Positions 1 to 12,665 of a stretch of DNA of 64,000 nt are shown piece after piece. The number at the start of each line of letters is the position of its first letter. Positions within the stretch are counted from its first letter, which is position 1. The notes under the pieces are model-generated. The model was not told where the DNA came from. It did not search any database and saw only the letters and a program-made list of their open reading frames with translations. The stretch is taken from the NCBI RefSeq assembly GCF_044704955.1, contig NC_091999.1:15252001-15316000 (forward strand), written 5' to 3'. Position numbers and translations under genes: made by a program. The DNA is from Pristiophorus japonicus (taxonomy: Eukaryota).

Positions 1-1155
1 CAGTGGGTGTGGTGTATTTGGTCTTCTGGAAGGCATTTGACAAGGTGCCACATAAAAGGTTACGACACAAGATAAAAGTTCACGGGGTTGGGGATAATAT
101 ATTAGCATGGATAAAGGATTGGCGAACTAACAGAGAACAGAGAGTCTGGATAAATGGTTCATTCTCTGTTTGGCAACCAGAAACTATGCGGTGCTGCAGG
201 GATCAGTGCAGGGACCCCAACTATTTACGATCTTCATTAACGCCTTGGAAGAAGGGACTGAGTGTAACGTAGCCAAGTTTGCTGACGATAAAAAGATGGG
301 AGGAAAAGCAGTGTGTGAGGAGGACACACACTATCTGCTAAAGGACATAGACAGGTTAAGTGAGTGGGAAAAATTTTGGCAGATGGAGTATAATGTTGGA
401 ATGTGTGAGGTCATGCACTTTGCAGAAAAAAAAATCAAACAGCAAGTTATGATTTAAATGGAGAAAGATTGCAACGTACCACCGTACAGAGGTGATCAGG
501 AAGGCGAATGGCATCTTGGCCTTTATTGCAAAGGAGATGGAGTATAAAAGCGGGGAAGTCTTGCTACAGCTATATAAGGTATTGCTGAGGCCACACCTGG
601 AATACTGCGTGCAGTTTTGGTTTCCATATTTAAGAAAGGATAAACTTGCTTTAGAGGCAATTCAGAGAAGGTTCACTCAGTTGATTCTGTGGATGAGGGG
701 GTTGACATGAGGAAAGGTTGAGTCGGTTGGCCCTCTAACATTGGAATTTAGAAGAATGAGAGGTGATCTCATCGAAACGTATAAGATTATGAGGGTGCTT
801 GACAAGATGGATGCAGAAATGATGTTTCTACTAATGGAGGAGACTAGAACTAGAGAGCATGATCTTACAATAGGGGCCGCCCATTAAAAACAGTGATGAG
901 GAGAAATATCTTCTCTCAGAGGGTTGCAAATCTGTGGAATTCGCTGCCTCAGAGAACAGTGGAAGCTGGGACGTTGAATACATTTAAGACAGAAATAGAC
1001 AGTTTCTTAAACAATAAGGGGATATGGGTTTATGGGGAGCGGGCGCGGAAGTGGACTTGAGTCCATAATCAGATCAGCCATGATCTTATTGAATGGCACA
1101 GCAGGCGAGATCGACCGTATGGCCTACTCCTGCTCCTCTTTCTTATGTTCTTATA
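1..1155 (+). mobile_element. CR1 LINE 3' portion (RT C-terminus and 3'UTR), degenerate
   Basis: KAFDKVPH, QGSVQGP, KFADD, RPHLEYCVQFW motifs; ends ...CCTACTCCTGCTCCT...TTCTTATGTTCTTAT. Confidence 0.9.
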
Positions 1156-1871
1156 ATTTGCTAAATCTCCTCTCAACCTTCTTCGCTCTAAGGAGAGCAG
1201 CCCGAGATTCTCCAGTCTCTCCACATAATTTTAATCCCCATCCCTGATACGTTTCCAGTAAATCTCTTCTGCACCCTCTCGAAAGTCTTCATGTCCTTCC
1301 TAAAGTGTGGTGCCCATAATTGGACACAATACTCCAGCTGGGGCCGAATTCGAGATTCTAGTCATTCATCCCTGGTACCAATCTGGTAAATCTCCCCTCA
1401 CACTTCTCTGCTGTAAGGAGAACAGCCCCAGCTTCTCCAAATCTATCTGTGTAGCGAGAGCTTGCATCCTACCGTCCCATACACACAATGCAGTGTGCTC
1501 CAGGCGAGGACTGGCCCGTCCTCAACAGCGATATGAGGGAGGAAAAATGCGCGGCTGAAGTCGACGATGTCTTAAAACAATTTATTTAATTATTACCGTA
1601 TTTTTTTTATTTAAATAACGGAAAAATATCCTGACTGCCCCATCTATAATTTCTACCCAGTACCAGTTCCCCAGCCAACTCCGTCTCCGGAAAGGTTGCC
1701 ATTTTATTTCTCGTCAGTTTTCTTTGGGGTGGGGCGGTATTAATTATATATATTAGCCATCGCTCTCACTCTTCTTTGTTAATCTATATTAAAGCTCGGT
1801 GAAGAAAATTCCATCTGAGGAATACTCATCGATGGGAGCAGAAAAACTGAAAAGGAAATAAATAATAATTG

Positions 1872-2122
1872 GTTGGGCTGAGGTGGGGATGGAGGGAGGG
1901 AGAAGTGGAGCAAAGGAAGGGTGGCGTGATGGAGGGGTGAGGAATGGACGGAGGAAGAGAGGGATGGGTGCAAGGAGGGAGAGATTGATGGAGGGAGAAA
2001 TGGAGGGAGGGAGTGAAGGAGAGACGGATGGAGGGTGGAAGGGATGGAGGAGGGAAGCGATGAAAGGAGGGAGCGAAGTAGAGATGGGTGGAGCGTGGGA
2101 GGGACGGAGGGATGGAGTGATG
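1872..2122 (+). repeat. G/A-rich low-complexity tract (GGAGGGA/GATGGA); also 11675-11890, 21665-21960, 32545-32835
   Basis: Purine-dominated strand with many G runs. Confidence 0.85.
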
Positions 2123-2494
2123 CAATATATGTCAATTTACCCGAACAAAATTCTTAATGATTTTGAGCACCTCTATTAAGTGGCCCATAACCTGCTCGGC
2201 TCTAAGCAGAACAGTCCCAGCTTCCAGCTGCTCTGATAGTGCATCTGACACAGTGTAAAACTGAGGTTCCGTGAGTCCTTGTGCTTCAGGCACTTCCAGA
2301 TGTTCCTTGCGGAATCGCTGACACTTTTACATGGAGCCAGTGGAAATACCAGTGTGGGAATGACATCCCAGGCAAGATAGGAGAACTCGCCCCTGATAAT
2401 AAATGGATCGGAGTAAGACTGGGCTCAGGCCCTGAACTTCAGACACGGTGAGCTGAATGGCAACATTTTAAAATACATGCTGTGATATGTTCAA

Positions 2495-2949
2495 GCCTCG
2501 GCTCAGTGGGATCACTCTCGCCTCTAATTCTGAAGGTCAGATACTAAAGCCTACTCCAGAGACCTGAGCCCATAATCTAAGCCGACACGTCCAGTGCCAG
2601 TACTGAGGGAGTGCTGCATGGTCAGAGGTGCCGTCTTTTGGGGCAGACATTAAACTGAGTCCCCGTCTTCCCACTCAGGTGGATTTAAAGGACTCGTGGC
2701 ACTATATTGAAGTGCAGAGGAGTTCTCCACGGTTTACAGCGCAAATATTTATCCATTAACCAATATCTGAAAAATAGATGATCTGATAATTATTTCATTG
2801 CTGTTTTCTGGATCTTGCTGTGCACCAATTGGCTGCCACACTTCCTCCATTACAACAGTTACCACACTTCCAAAGTAATTCATTGTCTGTTAATCATTTT
2901 GCAACATCATGAAATTATGAAAGGCGCTATATAAATGCAAAGTGTTTCT
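2495..2949 (+). mobile_element. DeuSINE (SacSINE1/AmnSINE1-like), unit 1
   Basis: tRNA-like head (GGCTCAGTGG), Deu core AGAGGTGCCGTCTTT..TTAAACTGAG..CAGGTGGA, tail GGCGCTATATAAATGCAA. Confidence 0.85.
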
Positions 2950-3759
2950 AAATATCAACATTTCAAAATACAAGTTGCGATATGTGACATGCTCAGATAA
3001 TCCTGTGATTGTCGGCACTCCTCTGGTCACTGGCTTAAATTGTTTAGTTTCAGTTAGTTAAATCTTCCATTAAATGGAGATGCAGTGGAATAACAGTCTG
3101 TTCAGAGATGTTCCGCTGATTTCAGCAGCAGACCTTTCAGAACTGAATTATTCATTGTAATATTTATTCCCTTTGATATAAATCACATCTGTTGCAATTG
3201 AACAAAACTGAAGCTAACGTCACTGTTCGACATATTTCTACTTCTGTAAATATTCTTAAAATAAGCCATTGCTGTGAGTTGAGACGAATCAATAAGTGAT
3301 TATGTTGATCTGATTTTGCTGCCATGAGCACTTCATGGCCAGCAGTGAGGCGTTTATGTAAATAAACACAGAAATATAAGTCCCAGATTAGAGCATTGAG
3401 CGACAGAGAGACAATAAAAGTTTCCCCACCACAGCACAGAAATAAAGACAGAGAGAAATGCAAATCTCTCAACAGATTCCAGCAACAGTTGTTTTTTGGT
3501 ACATTTCTCTACATTATAGGAGAATAAAGTAAACATGATACCCACAGACAGAATGGGGAAAGATCGCTTCTTGTCAGCATGTACAGCACCATCACAAAGG
3601 TGACAGTGGAGATGTGTATATCCTCTGCCTCTCAATTTTCCATTTTCCTCCTATCTCTCAAGAATGGATCATTGATATTCTCCCACAACTAGATGTCAAC
3701 ATGTAACACAAGATTTCCCTCAACCATAAGGATATGCCTCGGACCAAATTGATTGGAGT

Positions 3760-4085
3760 GCACAGAGGGAGCTTTAGTCCAAAATGTGACCTGTGCATTA
3801 TATGACATTGGAGTTTTTGATGGGACAGTTTAGAGGGATCTTTACTCTTGTACCTAACGCGTGCTTTACCTGCCCTGGATATTTTTTATGGGATGTTATC
3901 GAGGGAACATTATTTTGTACCTAAACCGTGCTGTACCTGTCCTGGCAGTGTGTGATGGGACAGTTTAGAGGGGGCATCACTCTGTATCTAACCCGTGCTG
4001 TTACTGCTCTGTGAATGTGTGATGGGAGAGTATAGTGGGAGCTTTACTCTGTATCTGACACATGATGTACCTTCCCTGGGAGTTA
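3760..4085 (+). repeat. 67-bp minisatellite; also 13490-13870, 23463-23750, 35245-35500, 43160-43625
   Basis: GATGGGACAGTGTAGAGGGAGCTTTACTCTGTATCTAACCCGTGCTGTACCTGCCCTGGGAGTGTTT; period 67 (e.g. 23487 to 23554). Confidence 0.9.
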
Positions 4086-4409
4086 TAGGGTCTAGAGCAG
4101 TAATAACTGGCATAGCGTGTAGTGTCATATAAAAAGAGACATTGTCTAGTGCAGTAATAACGGTGACGGGGTCTAGTCTAATATAAAAAGAAACATGGTT
4201 TAATGCAGCAATGTGAAAGGATGGGACTACTGTAATATAAGCAATGTACTTGTCTAGTTTATTATAAACAAAGACAGGGTCTTTTGTAATAGGAACAAAA
4301 GCATGGCATATTCCATTAATATCTGAGTACAATTTTAGTAATTCAAGTGCAGTACGAACAGAGGTAGTGGCTAGTGCTGTAATGACTGATACAGGACATT
4401 GTTTATTGC

Positions 4410-4815
4410 TCCCTGACATGTGGGTGTGGGTGTCGCTGGCAAGGCCAACATTGATTGTCTTTTCCTAATTGGCCTTGAGAAGCAGTTGGTGAGCTGCCAC
4501 CTTGAACCGCTACAGACCTTGTGAGAAGGTACTCACACAGTGATAGGGAGGGGTTTGAAGAATTTGGCCCAGTGTCTATGAAGGAAAGATAATAAATTTC
4601 GAAGCCAGAATGGTGTGTGATTTGGAGGGCTACGTAGAGATGACGGTGTTCTCATGAGTCTGCTGCCCTTGTCCTTCTAGGTGGAAGAGGTTATAGATTT
4701 GGAAAGTTCTGTCGAAGATGTCTTGGCGAGTTACTGCAATGCATCTTGTGGATCGTACGCACTGCAGGCATGGTGCGCCGATGGTGGAAGGAGTGAATAT
4801 TTAGCGTGGTGTGTG
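4410..4815 (-). mobile_element. LINE (CR1/L2-group) 3' fragment of a second family; copies at ~14160-14710, 24030-24440, 35780-36190
   Basis: Minus-strand remnant ..IYKMHCSNSPRLLRQH..RPLPPRRTRAA in the ORF track of paralogous copies; typical shark LINE ORF2 C-terminus and 3'UTR. Confidence 0.65.
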
Positions 4816-5584
4816 GGATTATATAAACTGGAACAGTGTCTTGTGTAGTTATAACTGAGACAGGCTCTGGTGTATTATAACATCATAGAATGGTTACAGC
4901 ACAGAAGAGGACCATTCGGCCCATATATCCCGTGTCGCTCTCTGCAAGAGAATTTAAACTAGTTCAGTCCTCTGCCCTTTCCCGTAGCCCTGTGAATTTT
5001 CTTCCTTCAAGTACTTATCCAATTCCCTTTGGAATGCCATGATTTAATCTCCCCCCACCTCCCTTTCAGGCATTGCATTTCAATCATAACCACTCGCTGC
5101 ATACAAACGTTTTCCTTATGTCGCCTTTGGTTGTGTCAATCACTTTAAATCTGTGTCCTCTGTTCTCGACCCTTCTGCCAATGGGAAATGTTTCTCTCCA
5201 GCTACTCTGTCTGGACCCCTTGATTCTGAACACCTCGATCAAATCTTAACTCAAACTTCTTTGCTCTAAGGAGACCAACCCCAGCTTCTCCAGACTAGAC
5301 CACATAACCGAAGTACCTTACCGTGGAACCACACGTAAATCTTTTCTGCACCCTCTCTAAGGACTTCACATCCTTCCTAAAGTGCGGTGCCCAGAATTGG
5401 ACACATTACTCCAGTTAAGGCCGAATCAGTGTTTTATACAGGTTCATCATAATTTCCTTGCTTTTGTATTCTATGTCTCTATTTATGAAGCCCAAGATCC
5501 CATATCATTTTTAAACCACTTTCTCAATCTGCCCTGCCACATCCAATGATTTATGCACATATATCCTGAGATCTCTGTCATGTA

Positions 5585-6405
5585 ACGAGTAGAATGGATG
5601 TGGGAGAACCCGTAGATGTGGTGTATTTGGACTTTCAAAAGGCTTTTGACAAGGTCTCACACAAGAGATTAATGTTCAAAATTAAGGCACATGATATTGG
5701 GGGGAAATGTACTGACATGGATAGAGAACTGGTTGACAGACAGGAAGCAAAAAGTGGGAATAAACGGGACCTTTTCAGAATGGCAGGCAGTGACTAGTGG
5801 GGTGACACAGGGTTCAGTGCTGGGATTGGTGAGGCCACACCTGGAGTATTGTGTACAGTTTTGGTCGCCTAACTTGAGGAAGGACATTTTTGCTATTGAG
5901 GGAGTGCAGCGAAGGTTCACCAGACTGATTTCCGGGACGGTGGGACGGACATATCAAGAAAGATTGGATCAACTGGGCTTGTATTCTGTGGAGTTCAGAA
6001 GAATGAGAGGGGACCTCATAGAAATGTTTAAAATTCTGATGGGTTTAGACAGGTTAGATGCAGGAAGAATGTTCCCAATGTTGGGGAAGTCCAGAACCAG
6101 CGGTCACAGTCTAAAGATAAGGGGTAAGCCATTTAGGACCGAGATGAGGAGAAACTTCTTCACCCAGAGAGTGGTGAACCTGTGGAATTCTCTACCACAG
6201 AAAGTTGTTGAGGCCAATTCACTAAATATATTCAAAAAGGAGTTAGATGAAGTCCTTACTACTAGGAGGATCAAGGGATATGGCGAGAAAGCAGGGATGG
6301 GGTACTGAAGTTGCATGTTCAGTCATGAACTCATTGAATGGCGGTGCAGGCTAGAAGGGCCGAATGGCCTACTCCTGCACCTATTTTCTATGTTTATATG
6401 TTTCT
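5585..6405 (+). mobile_element. Younger CR1 3' fragment with internal deletion, inserted in an older antisense CR1 (4880-6850)
   Basis: DVVYLDFQKAFDKV; GVTQGSVLG joined directly to LVRPHLEYCVQFWSP; 3' tail. Resembles the 54-58 kb element. Confidence 0.88.
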
Positions 6406-7329
6406 ACCACACCCTTTAGAATTGTACCCTTTGGTTCATTTTGGCTCTCCTCGTTCCTCCTACCAAAATGTATCACTTCACACTTTTCTGTGTTTTATTT
6501 TCCATGTATTCATCTATTCTACCAGCCAGTCTATGTCCTTTTGAAGTCTATAATAACCCTCCTCACTGTTCACCATACTTCCAAGCTTTGAGTCATCTGC
6601 AAATATTGAAATTGTGCCCTTACACAATCTAAGTCATGAATATAAATCAAGAAAAGCAGTGTTCCTAGTACCTACTGCTGCAGAACACCACTGTACACCT
6701 TCCTCCAGTCCAAAAAACCCAGTACTCTCTGATTCCTGTCACTCAGTCCATTTCATATCCAGGCTGCCACTGTCCCTTTTATTCTATGGGTTTCAACTTT
6801 ACTGGCACGGATATTATCAAGGCACTTTATCAAACATCTTTTGTAAGTCTACCACATGAACGATATAAACTGAGCCTGGGTCTAGTGCAGCAATGAGAGA
6901 AATAAGTCAGGTAATTTCAGATTTATTAACCTCATGCCAGGTATAGGTGCAGTTTCATGTTGACCTTCACTTGCACCAATCGTCATACACTTGAGGTGTA
7001 TATCAGGAGATTCTGTGTGATGGTGAGGTGATTGCTGGACAATAAAGCGCAGATACTGGTGGCTGGCTGCTCATTTTCCTCGGTGTAATTGAATCCCTTT
7101 TCCCACTGAATATTGCAGACAGACATGGTCACCATGATAACAGAATGGTCAGCGTGACATCAGTTTCTAAAGTAGAGCGTGCAAGACAATGTGTTATCAA
7201 TAAATGTTAAAGGTATTAACCGATCGGCAATTAGCTGTTGAATAAAATAAAATGCTGAAAAATAATGGTTAAAGCTGATCATTTATCTTTGTGGAATGTA
7301 CTTGCACACATTATAATTTGTACACACAC

Positions 7330-7477
7330 NNNNNNNNNNNNNNNNNNNNNNNNNNNNNNNNNNNNNNNNNNNNNNNNNNNNNNNNNNNNNNNNNNNNNNN
7401 NNNNNNNNNNNNNNNNNNNNNNNNNNNNNNNNNNNNNNNNNNNNNNNNNNNNNNNNNNNNNNNNNNNNNNNNNNNNN
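7330..7477. other. N-run (gap or masked microsatellite); others at 16403-16660, 26813-26940, 47663-47863
   Basis: The first three occupy the same unit position, where unit 4 shows a (CA)n..(TG)n tract. Confidence 0.9.
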
Positions 7478-8481
7478 GTTCTCTTTTCAGTTGTTCATCT
7501 TAACCAGGTGAGAGATTGAACTCCGGTGGCTATTGAGACCCTGTGGCCGCCCATCCGGCGGTGTTGTGAGATCACGGTTCCAGGCTCGGTCTGACACAAT
7601 CAGTGGGTCAAGTGAAAGCTTAAGAGAAAATATTGCAGGAAAAACAATCCTTAACATTAAATAACTGAGAGCAATTGGCACAGGACAACACAAGTGTGAA
7701 TTAGTAAATTTAACACAACGAGTTTGCTACTAAGTAGTGTAAAGTGCATTATTGCTCACCTTCCGTCCTGTCCCTCAATCCCAGTCTATCTCACGGAGAT
7801 TGTTACAAGATTCACCCCATCCTCTCAACACAAGTATTACCGACACAATACCAGATCAATACGACATTACACTCAACTCTTGATAGCTATTAACGAAATT
7901 AAACGTATGTTCCAACCCAAAAAAATATTGCATCCTCCTACCCACACACATAAATATCTTTATTTATATTACTATCTATCCACCGTCAATATATATTCTG
8001 TCTCTCTAACAGACGCATGGCAGAAATAACTGACAACAGGGTCTGTTGTGCAATATATAGAGATATAGTCTCTGGAGAGGGAGTTCATCCCAAAACTATC
8101 TGAGACCGAGGAGAAACTGAGACACCCTGAGCCTCGGTTGACACAAACAGACATTGTCTTGTGAAGTCAATGGATACATGGCCCAGTCTAACATAAAGGC
8201 AGACAGGGCCTAGTGTAACATAAAGGGAGACAACGTCTAGCGTATTGGAAAGTGTAATATAAAGAGAGACAGGGTCTAGTGTAAATTAAACAGAGACAGT
8301 GTCTAGTGTAATACAAACAGAGACAGGGTCTAGTGTAATTTAAACAGCGACAGGGTCTCGTGTAATATAAACAGAGGCAAGGTCTAGCGTAATTTAAGAG
8401 AGACTGGGTCTCGTGTAATATAAACAGAGACAGCGTCTAGTGTAATTTAAGAGAAACAGTGCCGAGTGTAATGTAAACAAA

Positions 8482-10500
8482 AGAACATAAGAAATAAGAA
8501 CAGGAGTAGGCCACCTGGCCCCTCGAGCCTGCTCGCCATTTAATAAGATCATGGCTGATCTGATCATGGACTCAGCTCCACTTCTCTGCCCGATCCCCAG
8601 AACCCTTTATTCTCTTATCACTCAAAGATCTTTCAATCTCCGTCTTAAAAATATTCAATGACCTAGCCTGCACAACTCTCTGGGGCTGAGAATTCCATAG
8701 ATTTACATCCCTCTGAGCGAAGAAATTCTCACATAGCGCAGTTTTAAATGTGCAGCTCGTTTTTCTGAGACTATGTCCCCTAGTTTTATTTTCCCCTATA
8801 AGTGGAAGTACCCTCTCTGCATTCACGTTGCCGAGTACCCTCATTATCTTATAATTTGCAATAAGATTGCCTCCCATTCTTCTGAACTCCAATGTGTATC
8901 AGCCCAACCTACTCAAACTATCTTCATAATTCAACACCCTCATCTCCGGAATCAACCTTCGCTGGAAAGCAAACAATGCAGGTATATCCTTCCTTAAATA
9001 CAGAGACCAATTCTGGACGCAGTACTCGAGATGTGGCTTCACCAATATCCTGTAGATTATTGTCCGCTCACTTAGTCTGTCCATATCTCTTTACAGATTA
9101 TTGTTGTCCTCCTCACAATTTTCATTCCCACCCTTCTTTTTAATCACCTCAAAACTTGACTACATTACACTAGTTCCCTTCATCCAAGTCATTACTATTG
9201 ATTGTAAATATTTGAGGTTCCACCACCGATCCCTGCGGCACACCACGAGATACTGTTTGCCAACCGGAAATTGACCCATTTATCCCGATCCTCCGATCTG
9301 TTCGTTAGCCAATCCTCTATCCATGCCAATACATTGCCCTCAACCCAGAGAACTTTTATCTTGGTGCAGTAATCTGTTATGTGGCACCATATCGAATGCC
9401 TTCTGGAAATCCAAATACACCACATCCACTGGATTCCCCTAACCCACCCTGCTCGTTTGATCCTCAAAGATCTCCAGCAAATTTGTCAATCATGTCGTCC
9501 CGTTCATGACACTACGCTGACTCTGCTTGATTCAATTTTGCTTTTCCAAATGTCCCGCTACTGCTTCGTTAATGGACTCCACCATTGTCTCAATGACAGA
9601 TGTTCCGCTCACTGGTCTATAGTTTCTTGCTTTTTGTCTGCCTATTTTTTTAAATAGGGGCACTACATTTGCAGTTTCCCAATCCGCTGGGACCGCCCCA
9701 GAATTAAGAAATTTGAGTAGATTACAACCAATGCATCCACTATCTCTGCAGCCACTTCTTTTAGGACCATGGGGTGTAACCCATCAGGCCCTGGGGACTT
9801 GTCCGCCTTTAGTCCCATTATTTTACCGAGTATGACTTCATTAATGACAGTGATTGTAATAAATTCCTCCCTGCCTATAGCCCCTTGATTTTCCACAATT
9901 TGGATGTGTGTAGTGTCTGCTACCATGAAGACCGATACAAAATATTTGTTCAACGTCTCTGTCATTTCCCTGTTCTCCATTATTAATTCCCCAGTCTCAT
10001 CCGTTTGATGACCAACATTTATTTTAACCTCTCTTTTACTTGTTATGTACCTGTAGAAACTTTTACTATCGGTTTTTATATTTTGCACTAGTTTACTTTC
10101 ATAATCTATCTTCCCTCTCTTTATCATTTGTTTAGTTGTTCTTTGCTGGCTTTTAAAAGTTTCCCAATCCTCTGGCCTTCCACTATTCTTGGCCACACTG
10201 TATGCGTTTGTTTCCAATTTAATACCATCGCTTATTTCCTTAGTTAGCCACGGATGGTTATCTCCTCTCTTACAGTCTTGCCTTCTCATTGGGATATCTT
10301 TTTGTTGCGAATTATGAAATATCTACTTAAATGTCTGCCACTGCTCATCAACCGTCCCATACTTTTATCTATTTTCCCAGTCCGCATTAGCACCACTGCC
10401 CTCATACCTTTGTAACCTCCTTTATTTAAGGTTTGGACAGTGTTTTCAAAACCAACTCTCGCACTCTCCAACTGAATTTGAAATTCAACCGGGTTATGGT
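8482..10500 (-). mobile_element. 5'-truncated CR1 LINE
   Basis: Minus-strand ORFs KSPGPDGLHP..LKEVAAEI, KPHLEYCVQ, EFRRM; 3' tail at 8482. Confidence 0.88.
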
Positions 10501-10934
10501 CACTGATAGATTAGTATGGCACAGAACGTGATAATTCAGCCCATAGAGTCTGCACCGGCTCTTTCGAAGAGCAATCCCGTTAGTCCCACTCACGTGCACT
10601 TTCCCTATATCCCTTGCTTTTTTCCTCCTTCAAGTATTTGTACAATTTCTTTTTGAAGGAAACTATTGAGTCTGTACATACCACACTATAAGGCAATACA
10701 ATACAAATCCTAACCAGTGGTTGCATAGAAAATTTCGTCCAAATATCGCCTTTGGTTCTTTTGTTAATCATTTTACATCTGAAAAAGTTTCTATTTATTT
10801 ACTCTATCTAAATCGTTGATGACTTTAAACAGGTCTATCGAATCTCCTCTTAGACTTCTCTCCTCCAAGGAGAACAATCCCATATTCTCTAGTCTCTACA
10901 CATTAACAGAAGTCCCTCATGCTTGGTACTAATA

Positions 10935-11530
10935 TTGGTTGGGAAAATGTCGGAATCCTTTAAATAAGAAGCAGTAGCAGGGCATTTGGAAAAACAAAAT
11001 TCGGTGAGGCAGAGTCGGCATGGATGTTTGAAGGGGAAGTCATGTTTGACAAATTTGCTGGCATATCTTGAGTATGTAGTTAACAGGCTGGATAAAGGGC
11101 GACCATTGGATAGGGTGCTTTGAACTTCCAGAAGGCATTTGACAAGGTGCCACATAAAAGGTTACTGCACAAGATAAAAGCTCACGGGGCTGGGTGTAAT
11201 ATATTAGCATGGATAGAGGCTTGGAACAGAGAACAGAGAGTCGGGATAAATGGTCCATTCTCTGATTGGCAACCAGTAACAGTGGCGTGCCGCAGGGATC
11301 AGTGCTGCAATCCCAACTAATTACAATCTACATTAACTACTTGGAAGAAGGCACTGAGTGTAACGTAGCCAAGTTGCTGGTGATAAAAGGATGGAAGGAA
11401 AAGTAGTGTGTGAGGAGGACACAAGAAATCTGCAAAAAGACAAAAACAGGCTAAGTAAGTGAGAAAAAAATTGCCAGATGGCGTATAATGTTGTAAAGTG
11501 AGAGGTCATGCACTTTGGCCGAAAAAAATT
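10935..11530 (+). mobile_element. CR1 RT fragment
   Basis: FQKAFDKVPHKRLLHKIKAHG. Positioned like the 1-1155 element relative to the G/A tract. Confidence 0.8.
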
Positions 11531-12210
11531 CAATATATATATCTGCAATCGCTCTGTCTTTTATTAGTTAATACATATGAAAACCCGCTGAAGGAATTAT
11601 GTGCAAAAAATTCCAGCTGAGCAATCGTCATTGATGGAAGCAGAACTCCGCAAAGGGAACAATAATAATCGTTTGGGCTGAGGGATGAAAGAGTGGAGGG
11701 TGGAGTGGAGCAAGGGAGGGATGAAGTGATGGAATGGTGGAGAGATGGACGGAGGGAGGGAGGGATGGCTGCAGGGAGGGAGCGATTGATGGAGGGAGGG
11801 ATGGAGGTATGGACGGAGGTAAGAATGAAAGGAGGGAAGGAAGGAGAGACGGGTGGAGGGCCAGAAGGATGGCGGGGGAAGTGATGGAGTATCTTCCAAT
11901 TTACCCGATCAAAGCTCTTCATGATTTGGAACACCCCTATTAAGTGGCCCATAAAGAAGAACAATCCTAGCTTCCAACTGCTTTGATGTTGCAGCTCAAG
12001 GTTCCGTGAGTCCTTCTACCTAAGGCACATCCAGATGTTCCTTGCGGAGTCGGTGTCACTTTTATATGGACCCAGTGGACATCCCAGGCAAAATAAGAGA
12101 ACTCGCCCCTGAAAATAAATAGATCGGTCTAAGACTGGGCTCAGGCCCTGAACTTCAGACACGATGAGCTGAATGTGAACATTTTAAAGTACAAGCTGTG
12201 ATATGTTCAA

Positions 12211-12665
12211 GCCTCGGCTCAGTGGATCACTCTGGCCTGCGAATCAGAAGGTCACAGATATTAATCCACACTCCAGAAACCTGAGCCAATAATCTATGTT
12301 GACACGCCCGGTGCCAGTACTGAGGGAGTGCTGCACGTTCAGAGATACCGTCTTTCGGGGCAGAGAATAAGCTGAGGCCCCATCTTTCTGCTCTGTTGGA
12401 TTTAAGGGAATCATGGCATTATATTGAAGAGCAGATGAGTTCTCCAGGGTTTCCAGCGCAAATAGTTACACTTCAACCAACATCTGAAAAACAAATTACC
12501 TGATCAATATTTCATACTCTTTGTGGGAGCTTGCTGTGCACACATTGGCTGCCGCGTTTCCTACATTACATCGGTGAGCACACTTCCAAAGTAATTCATT
12601 GGCTGTAAAGCACTTTGGGACATCATGAGGTCAAGAAAGGCACTATATAAATGCAAGGTGTTTCT
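12211..12665 (+). mobile_element. DeuSINE, unit 2
   Basis: Same head, core and tail as 2495-2949. Confidence 0.85.

Noticed and set aside
1779-2179. Pro/Ser- or Gly-rich ORFs over the G/A tracts
   Set aside because: Low-complexity sequence lacking stops; frames are not conserved between units.
2290-2447. Plus-strand exon-like ORF ALPDVPCG...PELQT with AG/GT borders
   Set aside because: The donor is absent in other units and unit 2 has a 19-nt frameshifting deletion.
3164-3508. Minus-strand ~100-aa ORF in block C, partly open in units 1, 2 and 4
   Set aside because: Stops or frameshifts in units 3-5, no recognisable domain; explained by shared ancestry.
7487-7618. Minus-strand peptide LSRDPLI...PDGRPQG...KMNN open in three units
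   Set aside because: Stop in unit 3, and the upstream exon has an in-frame stop, so no start codon links to it.
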